A stretch of DNA of 64,000 bases, taken from contig OZ024751.1 of assembly GCA_964016885.1 (NCBI GenBank), forward strand, positions 48,670,001 through 48,734,000. The letters run 5' to 3'. The notes beneath the pieces were generated by a model. That model was given only the letters and a program-made list of their open reading frames with translations, did no database searches and was not told the origin of the DNA. Shown here piece by piece: positions 26,696 to 42,909 of the stretch (position 1 is the first letter of the stretch; each line of letters begins with the position of its first letter). The stretch is from Eledone cirrhosa. Taxonomy: Eukaryota. The translations under genes and the position numbers were made by a program.

Positions 26696-27169
26696 CATAT
26701 ATATAAGCAGCAGAAGCTGGATTCGTTGGACGAATTGAATTATACAACGTGTGACATGTTTTATGAAAATAGAAATCCAACGGCGAATCCTTAATTTCAA
26801 ATTCTAAACTTGTCAAATATTTCAGCAGCACCCCTTTACAAAAGTGGGTGGGTGGCTATGTTGATTTAATTTTAAATTGAAAGAGTATTTTAGAAATGTC
26901 TTTCTCTCTATATTATTACATATGGTCATCTTGCTCTGTTTTCTTTCTCTCACACACTGCTATTTTCTCTCTCATTCTCGATAATTCTATCACAAGATTT
27001 TCTTTTAAATCTTTATTTCAATCTGTACTTCTCTCAGCGATTTGGTTTTATATTTATTTCAGTCATATTCTATTTTCCTTTCTTTCTTTATATATACACA
27101 CACATATATATATGCACACATATATATATGTGTGTATATATGTATATGTATATATATCTATAGCTATAG

Positions 27170-27308
<139 letters not shown>

Positions 27309-27312
27309 TTAT

Positions 27313-27373
<61 letters not shown>

Positions 27374-28378
27374 AGTGAAAGTGAGAGAAGCGGCGCGATA
27401 TGTGTATATATATTCGCAATATTTTTTCCACAGTTCCTGTTTTCTATCTAATGTACATGTTTCATAGAGTAAGACGTAAAATAAAATATATCTAACAGTA
27501 AAAATACATGGCAGCATACAGAAATACAGCATACAGTAACGTGAAAAACTAGAAAACTAAAGAAAATCTTATAATAAATTAATTAAATCTAAACTATCAA
27601 TACGAAAATGTTATTTAAAAATCTAGAAACTGCATCTTAAAAAGCAATGACAATGGCATCAGTGATGACCACAAGAACAAAATGTTCGATATTGAAGAGA
27701 AATATATTGACGAGCATCAAGAATGAAGCAGGAAGCTAACAAACGCAGCAAATGTCAATGAAATTCAGCTTGAGAGAGACACACAACTAGACAGTAATAG
27801 ACTGCAGAGAAGTCGTGAGCACAAAAGAAGAAGGAAGCACCACACTGAAGATGAACTTCCCAACCTCGCTACCATAAGAAGGAACAAAAACCCTAGAAAT
27901 CATCTCCCCCAGAATGACATTTACAACTTTCCCCCTTCAAGGAGACACCATACCAAATCACTCAACTACTACGCGGATGCCTCATCGTCAAACATAGGGA
28001 AAAGATACCACCACCATGATAAATGTAACAACTTCCCCGCTTCAAGGGGACAGCAAGGTAATTTCCATTTTCTCAACTCTCGCTTCCACAATAAACAACA
28101 AACCCACACCATACGATACAACCAACAACGCAGGCCACCTATAACACCACAATCCAACATGGCACATAGAAACACACATCTATACTCGCAATACAGGAAC
28201 ACCCCATTCAATCTACAACCACGAACCCGAACCACATTTTACAACAACAAGGAATATAACAAACACAGGAGACCACTTAACATCAGCAGATAACCCCTCT
28301 ACCCCAACCATTTTTTAGACACAGCACACAGATACAGGCAAACAAAATAACACAAGACAGAGAGGAGAAACCGAGAGT

Positions 28379-30620
28379 AATAAAAATTATCAATCTAACT
28401 AGTGCAGAACCAACACCCAACCTTAACAACTTACTCTCCAAAGGTCTTACATTCACACCGACCCCACTACGTCCTAACTACTATGAAATGAAGGAAGACA
28501 TAACAGACTTCTGTAGAAAGTTACGACTCAGTGAACAACTATTCGACCAGTAGAATGAGGATAAATCATTAGCCAGAAATAGAAGCAATTACACCCCATC
28601 AAAAGGTAGAAGTAAAATCCTGAACGAATTCTGTGAACACATCACAAACTTCCCTTATCAACACTTGCACAGACAAAAACACAAGCCAACCTCATCAAGA
28701 AAGAATGGGAAGAATTAAATAGATTAAAAATCGACAGAACCATTACAATTAAAGAGGGTGATAAAGGGAGTACAGTAGTCCTAATAGAGGCAGAATTCTA
28801 TATCAACTTAGCGTTCTCCACTTTGGAAAACGAAATATACTACGAAAAGGCTGAACACTACAATCAACAGAAAATTATGAGAAACCTAAAAACGATGATC
28901 AACCAATACAAAGAAGGACTCACTAACAAGGAATTCAGCTTCATCACAGACTTCACAAGTAAATCCAGCCTTTTCTACGGTATCCCTAAAGTACATAAAA
29001 GCGAATTAATAAGTAAGGCATGCAAGGAAGCCACAGGCATAGTCATCAATGTCCCCTCACCCAATGACCTCAAATTAAGACCTATAATAGCAGGCCCCGC
29101 TTGCGAAACCCAGCGCCTTAGCAACTTCATTAATACCCTTCTCAAGCCTTTTCTCAAACACATCAAAAGCTATATGAGGGACGACCTAGATATGCTCAAT
29201 CACCTCCCTAATATGCCCCTTTCTGAACAAACCCTACTAGTAACGTTCGATGTAGTCAACCTATACTCCAACATCCCCCACAACCTAGGAATAGAAGCTA
29301 TCCAATTCTGGCTGGATAATTACCACAATGAACTCCCACAACGCATCAAAAAAGAATTCGTGATAGAGGGACTCAAATTTATCTTGGAGAACAATTACTT
29401 CGTTTTCAATAACAAACCCTACAGGCAGAAATCTGGGACCGCTATGGGAACGAAAACAGCCCCCACTTATGCCAATCTAGTCATGGGATACCTGGAAATC
29501 ACCCTCTACACTAAAGTACTAAACAAATTTGGAAACACTCTCCACTTACACATAGAAAGGAACTGGAAGCGATATCTAGATGACTGCTTCATCCTTTGGC
29601 ACGAAAACATCGAGGAACTTAAAGAATTTCACACCTTTATAAATGGGCTCAACACGAATATTAATACAGCCATCAACAAATCCCCTTCCTCGACATCCTC
29701 ATTAAGATCAATAACCAAAAAATAGATACAGACATATACTACAAGCCCACAGACTCAAAGCAATATCTTCCTTTCAACTCTTGCCACCCTAGACACGTTA
29801 AAATTAATATTCCCTACAACTTAGCCAAGAGAATCTGTACTATAGTCTCCAATAAAAACACCTGCTACTTACTACTACAATAACTAAAGGACACACTCAT
29901 AGGCTGGGACTACCCTGCATCACTAATTGACAATGGAATCCAACGTGCCCTAAAATTCAGTACCCAGGACCTTAGACACCCTAAAGTAAATCAACCGAAA
30001 CTAAAAGCTCTTCCATACATCTCCACACACAACCCCCTCAACAATGAGGCCTTTGACACCATCCCCCAGAACATCCCTGTGTTGAAAAAGGACCATAGAA
30101 TGAACCAAATCCTACGAACACACGATATCATAAAGAGCAAAAGACAATCTAAGTCAATGAAAAACATCCTAACACATGCCAATGTACTGCCAACCACAAC
30201 AACGAAACCTACAGTAAAGAAATGCGATAGACCCAACTGTGGCATATGCATCAACCTAATAGAGGGTTCGGAATTCTATTTCAAAGAAGGACAACGTTTT
30301 ATAGTAAAACACAATTTCACATGCGCATCAGAAAATCTAATATATGTATTAACTTGCTCAGGTTGTCGAGAACAATACATAGGCCAGACCCAATACAGCC
30401 TCCGCCAACGCATGACTGTCCATATTAAAATAGGTCCAAATTAAAATACGGGAATACAGGAAAATACCACTGAGTGAACACATTGATACCTGTGCCGCCC
30501 AAAACCATCCCAACTTCAGAATCTTTCCCCTTTACAAATTTAATGATAATGCCACCCACACCCAGCGCATCAGCAAGGAATCTCACTTTATTAACAAATA
30601 CGGACCCCGTCTAAACACTT
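28379..30620 (+). pseudogene. Disrupted Neptune-type PLE ORF (RT plus Cys linker plus GIY-YIG)
   Basis: IINL..LLSKGLTFTPTP, FYGIPKVHK, LRPII, FDVVNLYSNIP, GTAMG, RYLDD, KCDRPNCGIC, NLIY..YIGQT. Several stops and frameshifts. The element probably extends ~27400-31060. Confidence 0.9.
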
Positions 30621-31306
30621 CTCCCTAAGACGAACCCACAGCATACACACGTCAACATACATACCTACATCAGCATACATCTCTATCCACATATAAACAC
30701 AATGACACACGTAAACACACATGTTCCATGGTGCAACACAAATATACACAAATATGCATACCTTTTGATGTATATAGATATAAACGTGCCGACACACACA
30801 TACATATACGCACACATGCATTGCACACTGATGGGCACATACATATTTGTACACAAGTATTCCAATACGGCAAGTCCTAATGGATTCCCCTTGCAGTACG
30901 TGCAATCTGGACACTCACACACACCTTGGTATTATGCCAATACTATATATCATTTCACACCTTTTATTATTAAGGTTTTTGATGTTCTATTGAGAGAATC
31001 GTTTTTACTGAAAATATCGAATAATTTACACCATTTTTACCAGTATCACAGAAATACTGGTCCACCAACACACACACACACACACACATACACATATATA
31101 CACACACACATATATACACACACACATACACACGCGTACATTAACATACAAAGAGACATATACACACACACACACACACACACTTCTCCGTATAAGACAA
31201 GAGCTGAAAAATATCTTTTAACATGTTAAAATATCCCCCACACACGTACAGACACATTCCTACTGACCATCCCTCTACCACGAATTACTCTGCTACACAC
31301 ACACAC

Positions 31307-31418
<112 letters not shown>

Positions 31419-31899
31419 TTGTCTTAATAGGTATTTGAACTGTCAACAGGCTGCGGTTCGCACACACATCCCTGCTGACCATTATCACAACAACGAACCT
31501 CTTTACTACTACTACACACACACACACATACACACACATATTTGTCTTGAAAGACTTATTTTTCAGTGACTTCTCAATCAGCCGAGACAAACTTACATTT
31601 GGCGCAAAATCAATTTTTAACATTCACATGACCTCTACCGACCAATCAAATTTGTTTTGACCACAAGAATTTTTTCATACATCTGGAGCCACTTTTCTTT
31701 ACATAAAACAGGTAGAATTTCCAAAACTAATCAGATTAGAGCAAACATCACGGGCGCTCTATCTCAACTTATTTTTGAAAAGCATTAGAAATGCGCAACC
31801 GGTAAATCTTAAAACCAAAACTGAATACTAACTTTTACTTATTCCTAATTAAACTATTTTTCACTGGGAACAATTTGTCAGCATTTTCTTTTCCTTTTA

Positions 31900-31968
<69 letters not shown>

Positions 31969-32070
31969 TATACATATACACTTATATATACACTTACATA
32001 TATATATATATATGTATATATCATATACATATACACTTATATATATATGTATATATGCATATGTATACAT

Positions 32071-32123
<53 letters not shown>

Positions 32124-32221
32124 TATATAAATATATATATATGTATATATATATATGTATATATGCTTATGTATATATATATATATATAAATATATACAT
32201 ATATATGTATATATATTTGTG

Positions 32222-32266
<45 letters not shown>

Positions 32267-32360
32267 CATACAAATATATATACATGTATATGTATATGTA
32301 TATCTATGGTGTCACTCTGGTATATTAATAATTATCTGTAGGTTAGATTTCCATCTATCC

Positions 32361-32406
<46 letters not shown>

Positions 32407-32586
32407 ACATGTATACACACATTCGTACATACATAATACATAATACATACATACATACATACATGCATACATATATGCATACATAAGTACATACATACAT
32501 ATATGCATACATATACACACACATGCAGTCATACGTACTTAAATAATATATTCATACATATATACGACATAATTACATGTACATAT

Positions 32587-32680
<94 letters not shown>

Positions 32681-33039
32681 GAATACATAATTGCATATAC
32701 ATTACTGTTATTACTTAAAACTCATTTGTCTTATCACGTTTCCCCAACATATTTCTTTGAACATATTCTCCATGTATATCTATGATGTTTAAATATCTTA
32801 TTTCTTTACATCCACACACACAAACACATTCACACACGCATATATGTACAACACATACACAAACATATTTATATATGTATATATAAGTATGAATATACAT
32901 ATGTCTGTATATATTTATACATATCTACAGCAATACCTGAAGTGGAATTATATATACATAAGTTTATATATATATATATATATATATATTCTTATATATA
33001 TATATATATACGTATATGTATATATTCTTATATATACAT

Positions 33040-33081
<42 letters not shown>

Positions 33082-33148
33082 ATATATATATATATATATA
33101 TTCAAATATAAATATATATATATTCAAATATATATATATATATATATT

Positions 33149-33180
<32 letters not shown>

Positions 33181-33211
33181 CGTATTTTTATATGTATATT
33201 TGTGTGTATGT

Positions 33212-33282
<71 letters not shown>

Positions 33283-33839
33283 AGTGTGTGTGTGTGTGTG
33301 TGTGTATGTGCCTACGTATGTCTGTATATGCAGGGAACGATAGAAAGTATGGGTGATATGAATCTAGATAGATGTGTAGATTGATAGATAGCAACGAAAG
33401 ATAAATTCTGTACAGAGGTCACTTATGAAAGTGTGAAGAAATTTCAATCCACCATGTTGTCTGTCTATCAGTTGTTATTGTTGTAGATGGAGTAGTTTTT
33501 GTTATTGTTGCTGTCAATATTGCTGTTGCTTTTCACTGATGATTTTGTGTTAAAGTTTTGTTTTTGTTGTTGTTAATGTTGCTTTAGTATTTGTCCCATC
33601 CGCCGCACCATCTTAATTTATTTTACATTCTTTTTCTTTTTGTTTGGCAGCCATTCATGTAATGGCAAATATAACGCAAGGTCATATTTCACAGGAATAG
33701 CGCTTTTCTCTGAAGTGAGCGAGAATTGTATAGCTTTTTTCGTAATGGAAGAATCTTCATGGCTAACAGGGGCGGAAGAGATTGAATGGTGTGATGACGC
33801 AACGGTGGTTAATAATAAAATAATAACGGTAATAATAAC

Positions 33840-33894
<55 letters not shown>

Positions 33895-34619
33895 GGAATA
33901 ATGACGATATGGTAGTAATAATGAAGATAATGATGATGATGATGATAGTGATGTTGATGAGGATGATGATAATGATGACGATGATGGTGATGATGATGAT
34001 GATGATGAGGATGATGTCAAGTGAAAGCAAAACAAAAAAAAACTCCTGGCGATGTAACAACTATAATGATGTTGATGACAGAAATTATAATTACTATACA
34101 ACTCCCAATACTAATATTAATAATGACAATATAATACTAACAATAATTTCTAACAATGATAACAAATACATACTAATAATAATAAAAGAATAATTTTCCA
34201 CATACGAAATAAATGGATGAATAAAAAAATAATAAATTAGACAAAGTGAGAAAACATGCGAATTGCAAAAAATAACGGAATAACTGAACAACCAAGGGGA
34301 AAATGGCGTCGAAGAGAAAAAGTCACAGGGAGAGAAAAAATATATAGAATTAACATAAACACGAAAATATAACAAACAAAAAGAAATTATAAAAACTACA
34401 GATGAAATGGCGATATCAGATCTGAAAATTTGACAAGTGACAGGTGAAACATTATTCGAGTTATGCCCCTTTGCTCTGGCTTTTGTTGGCTTGATACCAT
34501 TATTATTTATTTTGTTATTTTTCAATTCTTGGTGATTCGATTCTGCGTTGAAAATTATTTGCTATTCTTTATTTTTCTGATTTCATTCTGATTATAAGTA
34601 TGTAGATATCTATATGTAT

Positions 34620-34749
<130 letters not shown>

Positions 34750-35504
34750 ATGTATATATATATATATATATATGTGTACATGTATGTGTGGTATATATAT
34801 ACACATAGAGTCTCTCTCTCGCTCGGTCTCTCTCTCTATCCTACACTATCCTACACAAAAAAAAAAAAAAAAAAAAATTATGGATTTATTCGGCCAAAGC
34901 CATTTTCCCCTCTATTCTCAAACATATAATATATGGTTTGTGTAGACAGATTTGATAGACATTTTGGTGCTTTGCTGTGAGATGTACATGACGGTAACAT
35001 ATTGTTGTTGTTTAACACCAGGTTATACCTGATAGATCTGACATATCGTTACCGTCTGTTCTGCCATCAAATGCGCCGCTTCTTTCTAGTATTATATTGA
35101 TTCTATATCCAGGAATATATTGTTATAGTAGAGCTTAATTTTATTTTAGACATTTGTTTGTGAATCGAAGAAGATTTGGCTGTTATTTTAAACAGGTTTA
35201 ACATCAATGTAAAAATCACCCGCATGAACTCGACAACAATGTGTTTGTTGCTGATTGTGTTGTTGTTGTTGTTGTTAATTTAGTGTTTTAAGCTTAGGTC
35301 AGTTTCGACGGAACAGTTCAATGATCAATGTAATTCTAAGAATTAACACTTCATCTATTAATTAGGTCACTGGCTAAAATATGGTAATTGTAAAGGAATG
35401 AATGGCACAAAATTAAACAGACCTCGCTCTCCAAATCTTTGATCTACCGGCCATTGTTTACAATTATTCAAATAATTAGTCAGATTTATATTTTGAGCAT
35501 AGAC

Positions 35505-35630
35505 AGCGAATTGGCAGAGTCGATAGACGTCAGTTGGAATACTTTGTTCTACACCTCCTTGCGCCCTGAGTTCAAATCCCACCGAGCTCAAATTTCATCC
35601 TTTCAAGATCGATAAATAAAATATCAGTCT
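35505..35630 (+). mobile_element. Partial family-1 SINE
   Basis: TGGCAGAGTCG..GAGTTCAAATCCC..TCATCCTTTC..TCGATAAA. Confidence 0.7.
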
Positions 35631-36134
35631 ATGTCTAAGACCACTTCTTTATCTATGTCTCTTTCTCATTTTCTCTCTGTATCTTTTGTTGTCTTTCGCT
35701 GGCAAACATCGGCTGTGGTCAAATCTAGAGCCATTGGGTCCCACCAGTTATAAACGCCCAAGGAGCACCTTATAACACCTTATAACACCCCTACGATATC
35801 ATCAAGATATAACTGCCTATGGATGCATGGATAAATATTTTGAAATGTGAGTTCCTATTTGAATATGATCAAATAAGAGACTGATTTTAAAGCCTGAGGA
35901 AACATTTGATTGTCCTCTACACAAATCCAGATAAGCCTGAATCTCTATATAGTCATTCCCTGTATTAGAGATGGTAGCCAAATCTCTGATGATTCCAACT
36001 ATCTAAAAAAAAACAATAACATTGAAAAGGAATAAAATATATTTCTAAAGATGGGATGGGGATGGCAAGAATAGCTTTGATTTTAGTTAATGTCTGCTCA
36101 AGACTGAGAATCAGCATTATATATATATATAAAA

Positions 36135-36325
36135 GGCGGTGGATTGGCAGTGTCGGTAGAAGGTTGGACGCCATGCTTTGATGCATAGAGTTACGGCCCT
36201 TGCCATTCTGTGTTCAAATCCCGCCGAGGTTAACATTGCCTATCATCCTTATGGGGTCGATAAAATAAAGTACCAGTAATACACTGGGTAATTGCTGGCC
36301 TTGTGCCTAACGTAGAAACAATTAT
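36135..36325 (+). mobile_element. Family-1 SINE, full length
   Basis: A box, B box, central domain and CCTTGTGCCTAACGTAGAAAC end. Confidence 0.9.
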
Positions 36326-36994
36326 ATATATATATCGCTCACCCGGCAAACAGATGACAGGGCAATGAAGAAATACAACCAAAATAGTAATAAAGAATAT
36401 ATAGCAGGTGGTTATAGTATATTCATAAAACAAACGCGTATTAAAGTCAAACCTCAGTCTTCAACGCATTTACTCTAGTATATAAACACCTGTGTTAAAC
36501 ACCAACAAAAACGGCAGAAAATCAAGTGTCAAGATTTAGCTTAAGAAATGAGTTTTAGATGCTGTGTGTCGAATTGGCGAGACAGTCTCGATGCTCGATC
36601 ATAGAATGTTTACCTCATTATCACTGTTAATTTGTTGGATATAACTCCACATTATTCTGCTGCTGAAAAAGTAATTCGTTTGTCTTTAAAATAAATAGGT
36701 ATGAAAGCTGAACAACGGTTTAGATGAGAGCCGACTGTTATAACACTAAAATATACTTTATGAACCTGAAATAGTTATAGAGTGTATGTGGATTAATACC
36801 GAAAGAGATATGAACATAGACCTAAATGATTCCAAGCTAGATACTGGATAAGTGTCTATTTTATATATTTTCGACACCAACGCACACGCCACACCACACA
36901 CATATATATATATATAATTATATATATATATATATAATTATATATATATATATATGTGTGTGTGTGCGTCTGTTTATCTGTTTGTCTGTGTATG

Positions 36995-37061
<67 letters not shown>

Positions 37062-38219
37062 GTCTGTGCAATCTATGCCTCTCCATCGCAACTACCTCAT
37101 TAGTGTATCTATGAGTTTCAACGAAATAGCTTACCGTCATAATTCAAAAATCAAATTTGGCCAGACAGACTTTTGAGCGTTGCCTCTACTACCAACCGTT
37201 TATTCACATACAATCATTTGTATGTGTAGACTATTTCGATTTATCTTTTAATTAAATCTCCAGCGAATTTAGTTATATCTATGTTTAGAATTAAAATTAA
37301 AATTGATTTTGTTTATTATATATAAAGATTTTGATGTGCTGTTAGTATTATCATGATTCCGACCATTATTCATATTCATACTTATATTATTATTTATATT
37401 GTTATTTGTGTTACCATTATCATAGCATCACACTACTCCAGTTGTTGTTGTTGTTGCAGGGTTTTGTTGTTGTTGCTGTTGTTATTGTTATAAAGTTAAA
37501 GCAGTGGGTTGGTTGAATTGTTAGCGCGTCGTTAAAAAAATGCGCCTACGCTTGAGTGTCTATATAATATATTTTGCTTTAGATTTTCATTTCCCTGTAT
37601 TATATTGTAGAAATCAACGCATTGACATAGATATAGACAGATACGTATTACATTTGGTTATATATTACATATTTGCGTTACAGCTTAATACTTGTATGAC
37701 GTAATACTTGGTTTTAAATATTCTGCTTCTTAGTTGAGCTGGGTCTAAAACATTTCTTTATGTTTTAATAAATATACCGAAACATCATGTAATAATATTG
37801 TCATATTTTTTCTCTAACACAGTTGAAAAAGACTCTATAAAATCACGTTAAACTTTAAACAAATATACACAACTAACATATACTGACAGGCGTTGAAAAG
37901 ATTAACAAAAAATGTAAGTTCTATTTTTGGTTGTTCGTTGAAATTCAATCCATCAAACATGAACTTAAAACAACGATTTTAATCTTTCCATTGTAAGACA
38001 AACCTAATAATATATATATATTCAGAAATCACGTGGTCTTTGTTTTCTATGCGCATGTAAGGTCGTACATAAATAAAACATGGCCACCAGTACTGTTTTC
38101 TTGCTGATTAAAACCGTCTCACTACACAGGGAAAAACCATCACAAATCTTTTCATACAAATTCGCTATTTTCCATGCACACATACACATATACGCTTATA
38201 TTTATTTATATATGTATGC

Positions 38220-38262
<43 letters not shown>

Positions 38263-38813
38263 GAGAAGAAAGAAGAATACTGCGTGGTTGCTCATGGGTT
38301 ACATATGATAAAAATAGTCCTCCGTCAGTGATTTTCCAACCATCATTGGTATTTCATAGCATTAAAAATCATATACCTCAGGTTGGTGCGAGCAATAACT
38401 AAAAAAAGTTATTGGGACCAGTAAATCGCATAAGGCGAGGGGGACAAGTAAACAACATAGAAGGATAAAAGGAAACCAAAGATAGGAAAAAAACAAGCAA
38501 CATGGTTGTCCGGTCAGCATAAGCTGGGTGGATTTCATGAGCGAAAGATACAGACCGTCCGACGTGAGTGAGATGTAAGCAAGAAGAGACCCACTGTAAG
38601 CCAAACGGGAGGAAGTGAGAAGGGGAGAAACAGAGAGTGAGTGAGTGGAAGTGCGAGGAAGCGGTCAGTCGAGAGAAAGTGTAACTGACAGAGGGGGCGA
38701 AAGAAGGTGAGAGAAACAGAGAGAACGGGGAAGCAGTGAGAGAGAAACAGACAAACGTAGCCGAGGTAAATATATATAAAAAACATGAGAAGAAAGAAGA
38801 ATACTGCGTGGTT

Positions 38814-38864
<51 letters not shown>

Positions 38865-38903
38865 CTATATACATATGTATATATGCATGTATATATATAT
38901 GTA

Positions 38904-38943
<40 letters not shown>

Positions 38944-38944
38944 A

Positions 38945-39044
<100 letters not shown>

Positions 39045-39325
39045 ACTTCCATTTTCGCTAAAAAAACCTTTAGACTAATATCCCCTTCTCATCATCCTCC
39101 CCCTTTATTTTTGTTGTTATTGTTGCTCTTTGTGCCATAAACAAGAAAAAAAAGAACAAAAAAAAACAAAAAATCAAACAAAGAAAAAACCCAACAAGAA
39201 AGAAAACCAATATTAGTATTTTTTTTCCAGCATGGAACAAGTTGAACTTAGATGGTGGTGGCGATCGGGGTGTGGAGTGGTGGAGAATATATAAAAAAAA
39301 TGTTCACAAATACAAAATAGAGAGG

Positions 39326-39383
<58 letters not shown>

Positions 39384-39642
39384 TTTCTTTATTAACCACA
39401 AGGGTTTACATTATGTAGACATTAAGGACAGTGCAGGACAATACAGGACGGTACAAATGGGCATTTCTGCGTGTAAAAAACAAAAACAGAGGATGTAACA
39501 AAAATAACAATGAATATAGCAACGAAAAATTCCCCAATAGGGGGGAGACTTCGGAGGGACATTTGTGGAGAAAGCCCAGTAAAAGGCCACAATGACCTTG
39601 ACCACCAAGGCAAGTGCCCTCTCCCAGTTTTCCACCTTTAAT

Positions 39643-42600
39643 TTACAAATATATACTCCGAGTAGGCCCATTCACTCGGGCCATTCTTGCTTCTCTCACC
39701 CATCTTTCAACAAAATGCTGGGAAGAGAGCACTTCCCTCTCTACTTTGATTTTCCTTTTCAAATGAAATTTGAAAAAGTCAATCAGGGCATCACCGAAGA
39801 GGTAAGTGCTCGTCTTCAGCTCTTTCAAACGTGTCCACCATACTATCTCTTTCGCCATGGCCACCAGACAGATAAAAACTGCCTGCCCTTCCCGGCTAAA
39901 GGAGGAGGGCGGAGCAATCCTTACGATGGACTCAGATGATAGCCGGATCCGTCCTAAACGCGACAGCAGATGTTCGACATAAACCCACAAGTCAGCAATG
40001 TTCGGACACTGGACGAGTGCGTGCAGGACGGTTTCCTCGCCCTGCGCGCATCTCGGACATGCCCGGCTGACGGCACCTCCATGCCTGTAGAGTTTATCCC
40101 GAACTGGCAAGGCTCCTCGTTAGCACTGCCAGGCCAGAGATTTCTGGAAGTTGTCCATAGGCCCCGGCCCGAAAGTCCTTCCGAAGAGATTGGCTAGTTG
40201 ATTTTCGTCGACGCCTAGAGTTTCCCCAAGTACGTCGTCGCTCTTCCCCTCCACTAATCCTCTATAGAACGCCGAGGTAGAGTTTCCACCGATCACATTG
40301 CCCGATTGGTCGAGGGCTGTGAACGCCTGAAGACATTCCAGTCTCCAGGCGCTCCCTCTCGGTCTTCGCTTGACCCAGGACTGCAGCTCCGTCAAGGAAA
40401 CGAGCTGGGTAAATACGTGTCTAGCAAACGGCGACCACACCTGATCACCGTCGAGGAAGAGGTGGAGATGTAGTAGCCTGAGCGCGTGCCTGCGCATCAT
40501 CAGCCACGGCATGTCCAGCCCTCCACGTAGCGGGTGTTGACAACAGATGGACCGCCTGACCATCGGAGCGCATCCCTTCCACAAAAAGCGAAAGAGCAAA
40601 CGCTCCAGCGCAGTCAGGCGGGGCTTAGGACAAGGTACGACAGTAAGGCGGTAGCAGATGACAGACGCGATGTACGCGTTAGCCACCTCCGCTCGACCTT
40701 TCAGGGATAGCTTCCTCTCGTCACATCGTCCCAGTTTTTGTCCGTCTGGAGGTCCGGACCGAACCAGACCCCTAGCAATTTAACCGGTCCGTCTGTAGTG
40801 CCGATCGCCTCAATGTGTTTGGCGTTCGACACCACTACGGTGACATCGTCCGCATATGCTGACACGGATCTTCCGCATCCTAGTTCGCGCGGGACGCTCC
40901 TCAACGTCTCCAGTTTGTGCAGTAATGGCTCGAGAGTCAATACGTACAAGAGGGACGAGAGGGGACATCCTTGGCGCACCGAGCGCATGATGTTGAACGG
41001 TTCCGAAAGGTGACCGTTCACTCTCACCACAGAGCAGATGTCACTGTGCATGGCAGCGATCCAGTCTCTGAAGACGGGCCCAAAGCCAGCCGCCCCACGA
41101 CTGCCGCTAGGTAACGATGGTCGACCCTATCGAAAGCTTTCGACTGATCTAAATTGATCAAGGACCCACCCGTGCCAAGTTACCTAGCTACCCTCTCTAC
41201 GATGTATCGCATGAGGTGGAGGTTGTCGTGGATGGATCTATCGGTAATGGCGCATGTCTGTGCCTCTCCCACCAGACCACCAACGACAAGCGCCAACCTC
41301 TTTGCTAGCACCTTGGCGAAAATCTTGAACTCTGTGTTTAGCAGAGTTATGGGCCTGAAATTATCTATGTTATCCCCCTTGTTCGGATCCTTTCTCAGCA
41401 GTACCACCGCTCTTCGGCTCACATAACTGGGAATTCTCCCGTTCTGTTGCCAGTTGCAGTAGACGTCCGCCAAGAGGCCTCCAAACAAGTCTGGCATGTG
41501 TACGTAAAGTTCATAGGGCAGACCATCCAAACCAGGCGATTTACCCCTTGTGCAGCCAGTCATTGCCTCCCTTACTTCAGCGGCTGTTATCGGCTTTTCA
41601 CAACACTCCACCTCAGTGGCCGAGAGCCGCGGAAGTCCGTCGAGGTAAACACTAAAGTCCATCCCTCGACCCGGCCCACCGCTGCCCCCGAACAGCTGAG
41701 TGAAGTGTCGCTGAAAAGCTTCACACATTTTCCCGGGATCGAGTAGCATGCGCCCGTCGTGGTCCATCAAAGACCGGATCGTGGCTTTGTTGCCACGACG
41801 CGCCTCCGCCACTCGGGCCCATTGAACGGCTTTCGTCCCCTCGTGTCTGAGAGCACGCACCCTAGCTCTGACAACGCAGCCTTCGTGCTTTGCATTGAAG
41901 AATTGGCCAAGGGCCAATTTCGCCGCAAGCACGTCGGTCGCAATGCCTTTGCTAAGCGCCTCGTCTAATTTTCTAACTAGTTCTCCCTCTGCTCTATTTT
42001 TCTCTATTGCTAAAGCCTTACTAAACCTAATGGATTCTATTCTAATCGCTCTTTTCAGAGCAAACCACCACTTGTTGTTGACGATGGCCCCCGTCAACGC
42101 CCGCTTAACTAGTTCGCTAATCCGGTCTCTGTAGGCCTTGCGCGCTGGTAAGGACGCGTTTAGCTTCCAGTAGCCGGGTCCTCGTCTATGAAGCCTATCT
42201 AAGTCAAGCACACAGATCACGAATTTGTGGTTCGTGTAGCTGACTATCTTGAATTGTGGACAGCCTATGCTAGACCTATCTATTTCCCTACAAAATACTC
42301 TATCTAGATATGATCTGGATGACCCTATGCAATTTGTCCAAGTCCACATTGGCACATTCGGGAAATCCAATCGGTACCTGTCAGACAGTTCAAAACGCCT
42401 GAGCAGGTTGGTGAGACTCTTGCACCCTCCTCCCCTATCCATTAATCCCACACAGTCCCAGCGTGCATCTAAGATCCCGTTCCAGTCGCCCACTAACACT
42501 AAAGAGCGGGACGTTCCAAGAAAGGTCTCCAGACGCCAGAAGAAATCAGGCCGCTCTGATCCTGTCGGGGCATAGACGGCCACTAACCTGAAAGCTTGCC

Positions 42601-42907
42601 CGTCTTCGCTGCTCATGCCCAGCACCACCAACTTACCTTCTGGGTCCAGGAAGATGGCCCGTATGGCAAGATCCAAACCTCTCCGAAAAAGCACAGCAAC
42701 TCCTCCCCCCGATCCAGGACGGCTGGGAGATGCGTACACATCGTAGCCGCCGAAGATCGGTGCGAAGGCCCGTGCTTCGGAGATTCTGGTCTCGCTGATG
42801 GCCACTACATCTATGTTTAGTGACCTGAGGTCGTTGAGCAGGTGGCCCTGCTTCCATGACGACCCCAAGCCACGCGCATTTATGCTGCCTATTCTGAGTG
42901 AGGTCAT
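39643..42907 (-). pseudogene. Tx1-type ORF2 (APE endonuclease, RT, CCHC), frameshifted
   Basis: SINARGL, ISETR, VYAP, VGDWN, YLDR, GPGYWKLN, SPGLDGLPYE, FRPITLLN, RQGCPLS, YADD, GGL, CPRC..ETVLHALVQC, spread over four ORF pieces. Confidence 0.93.
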
Positions 42908-42909
42908 GT

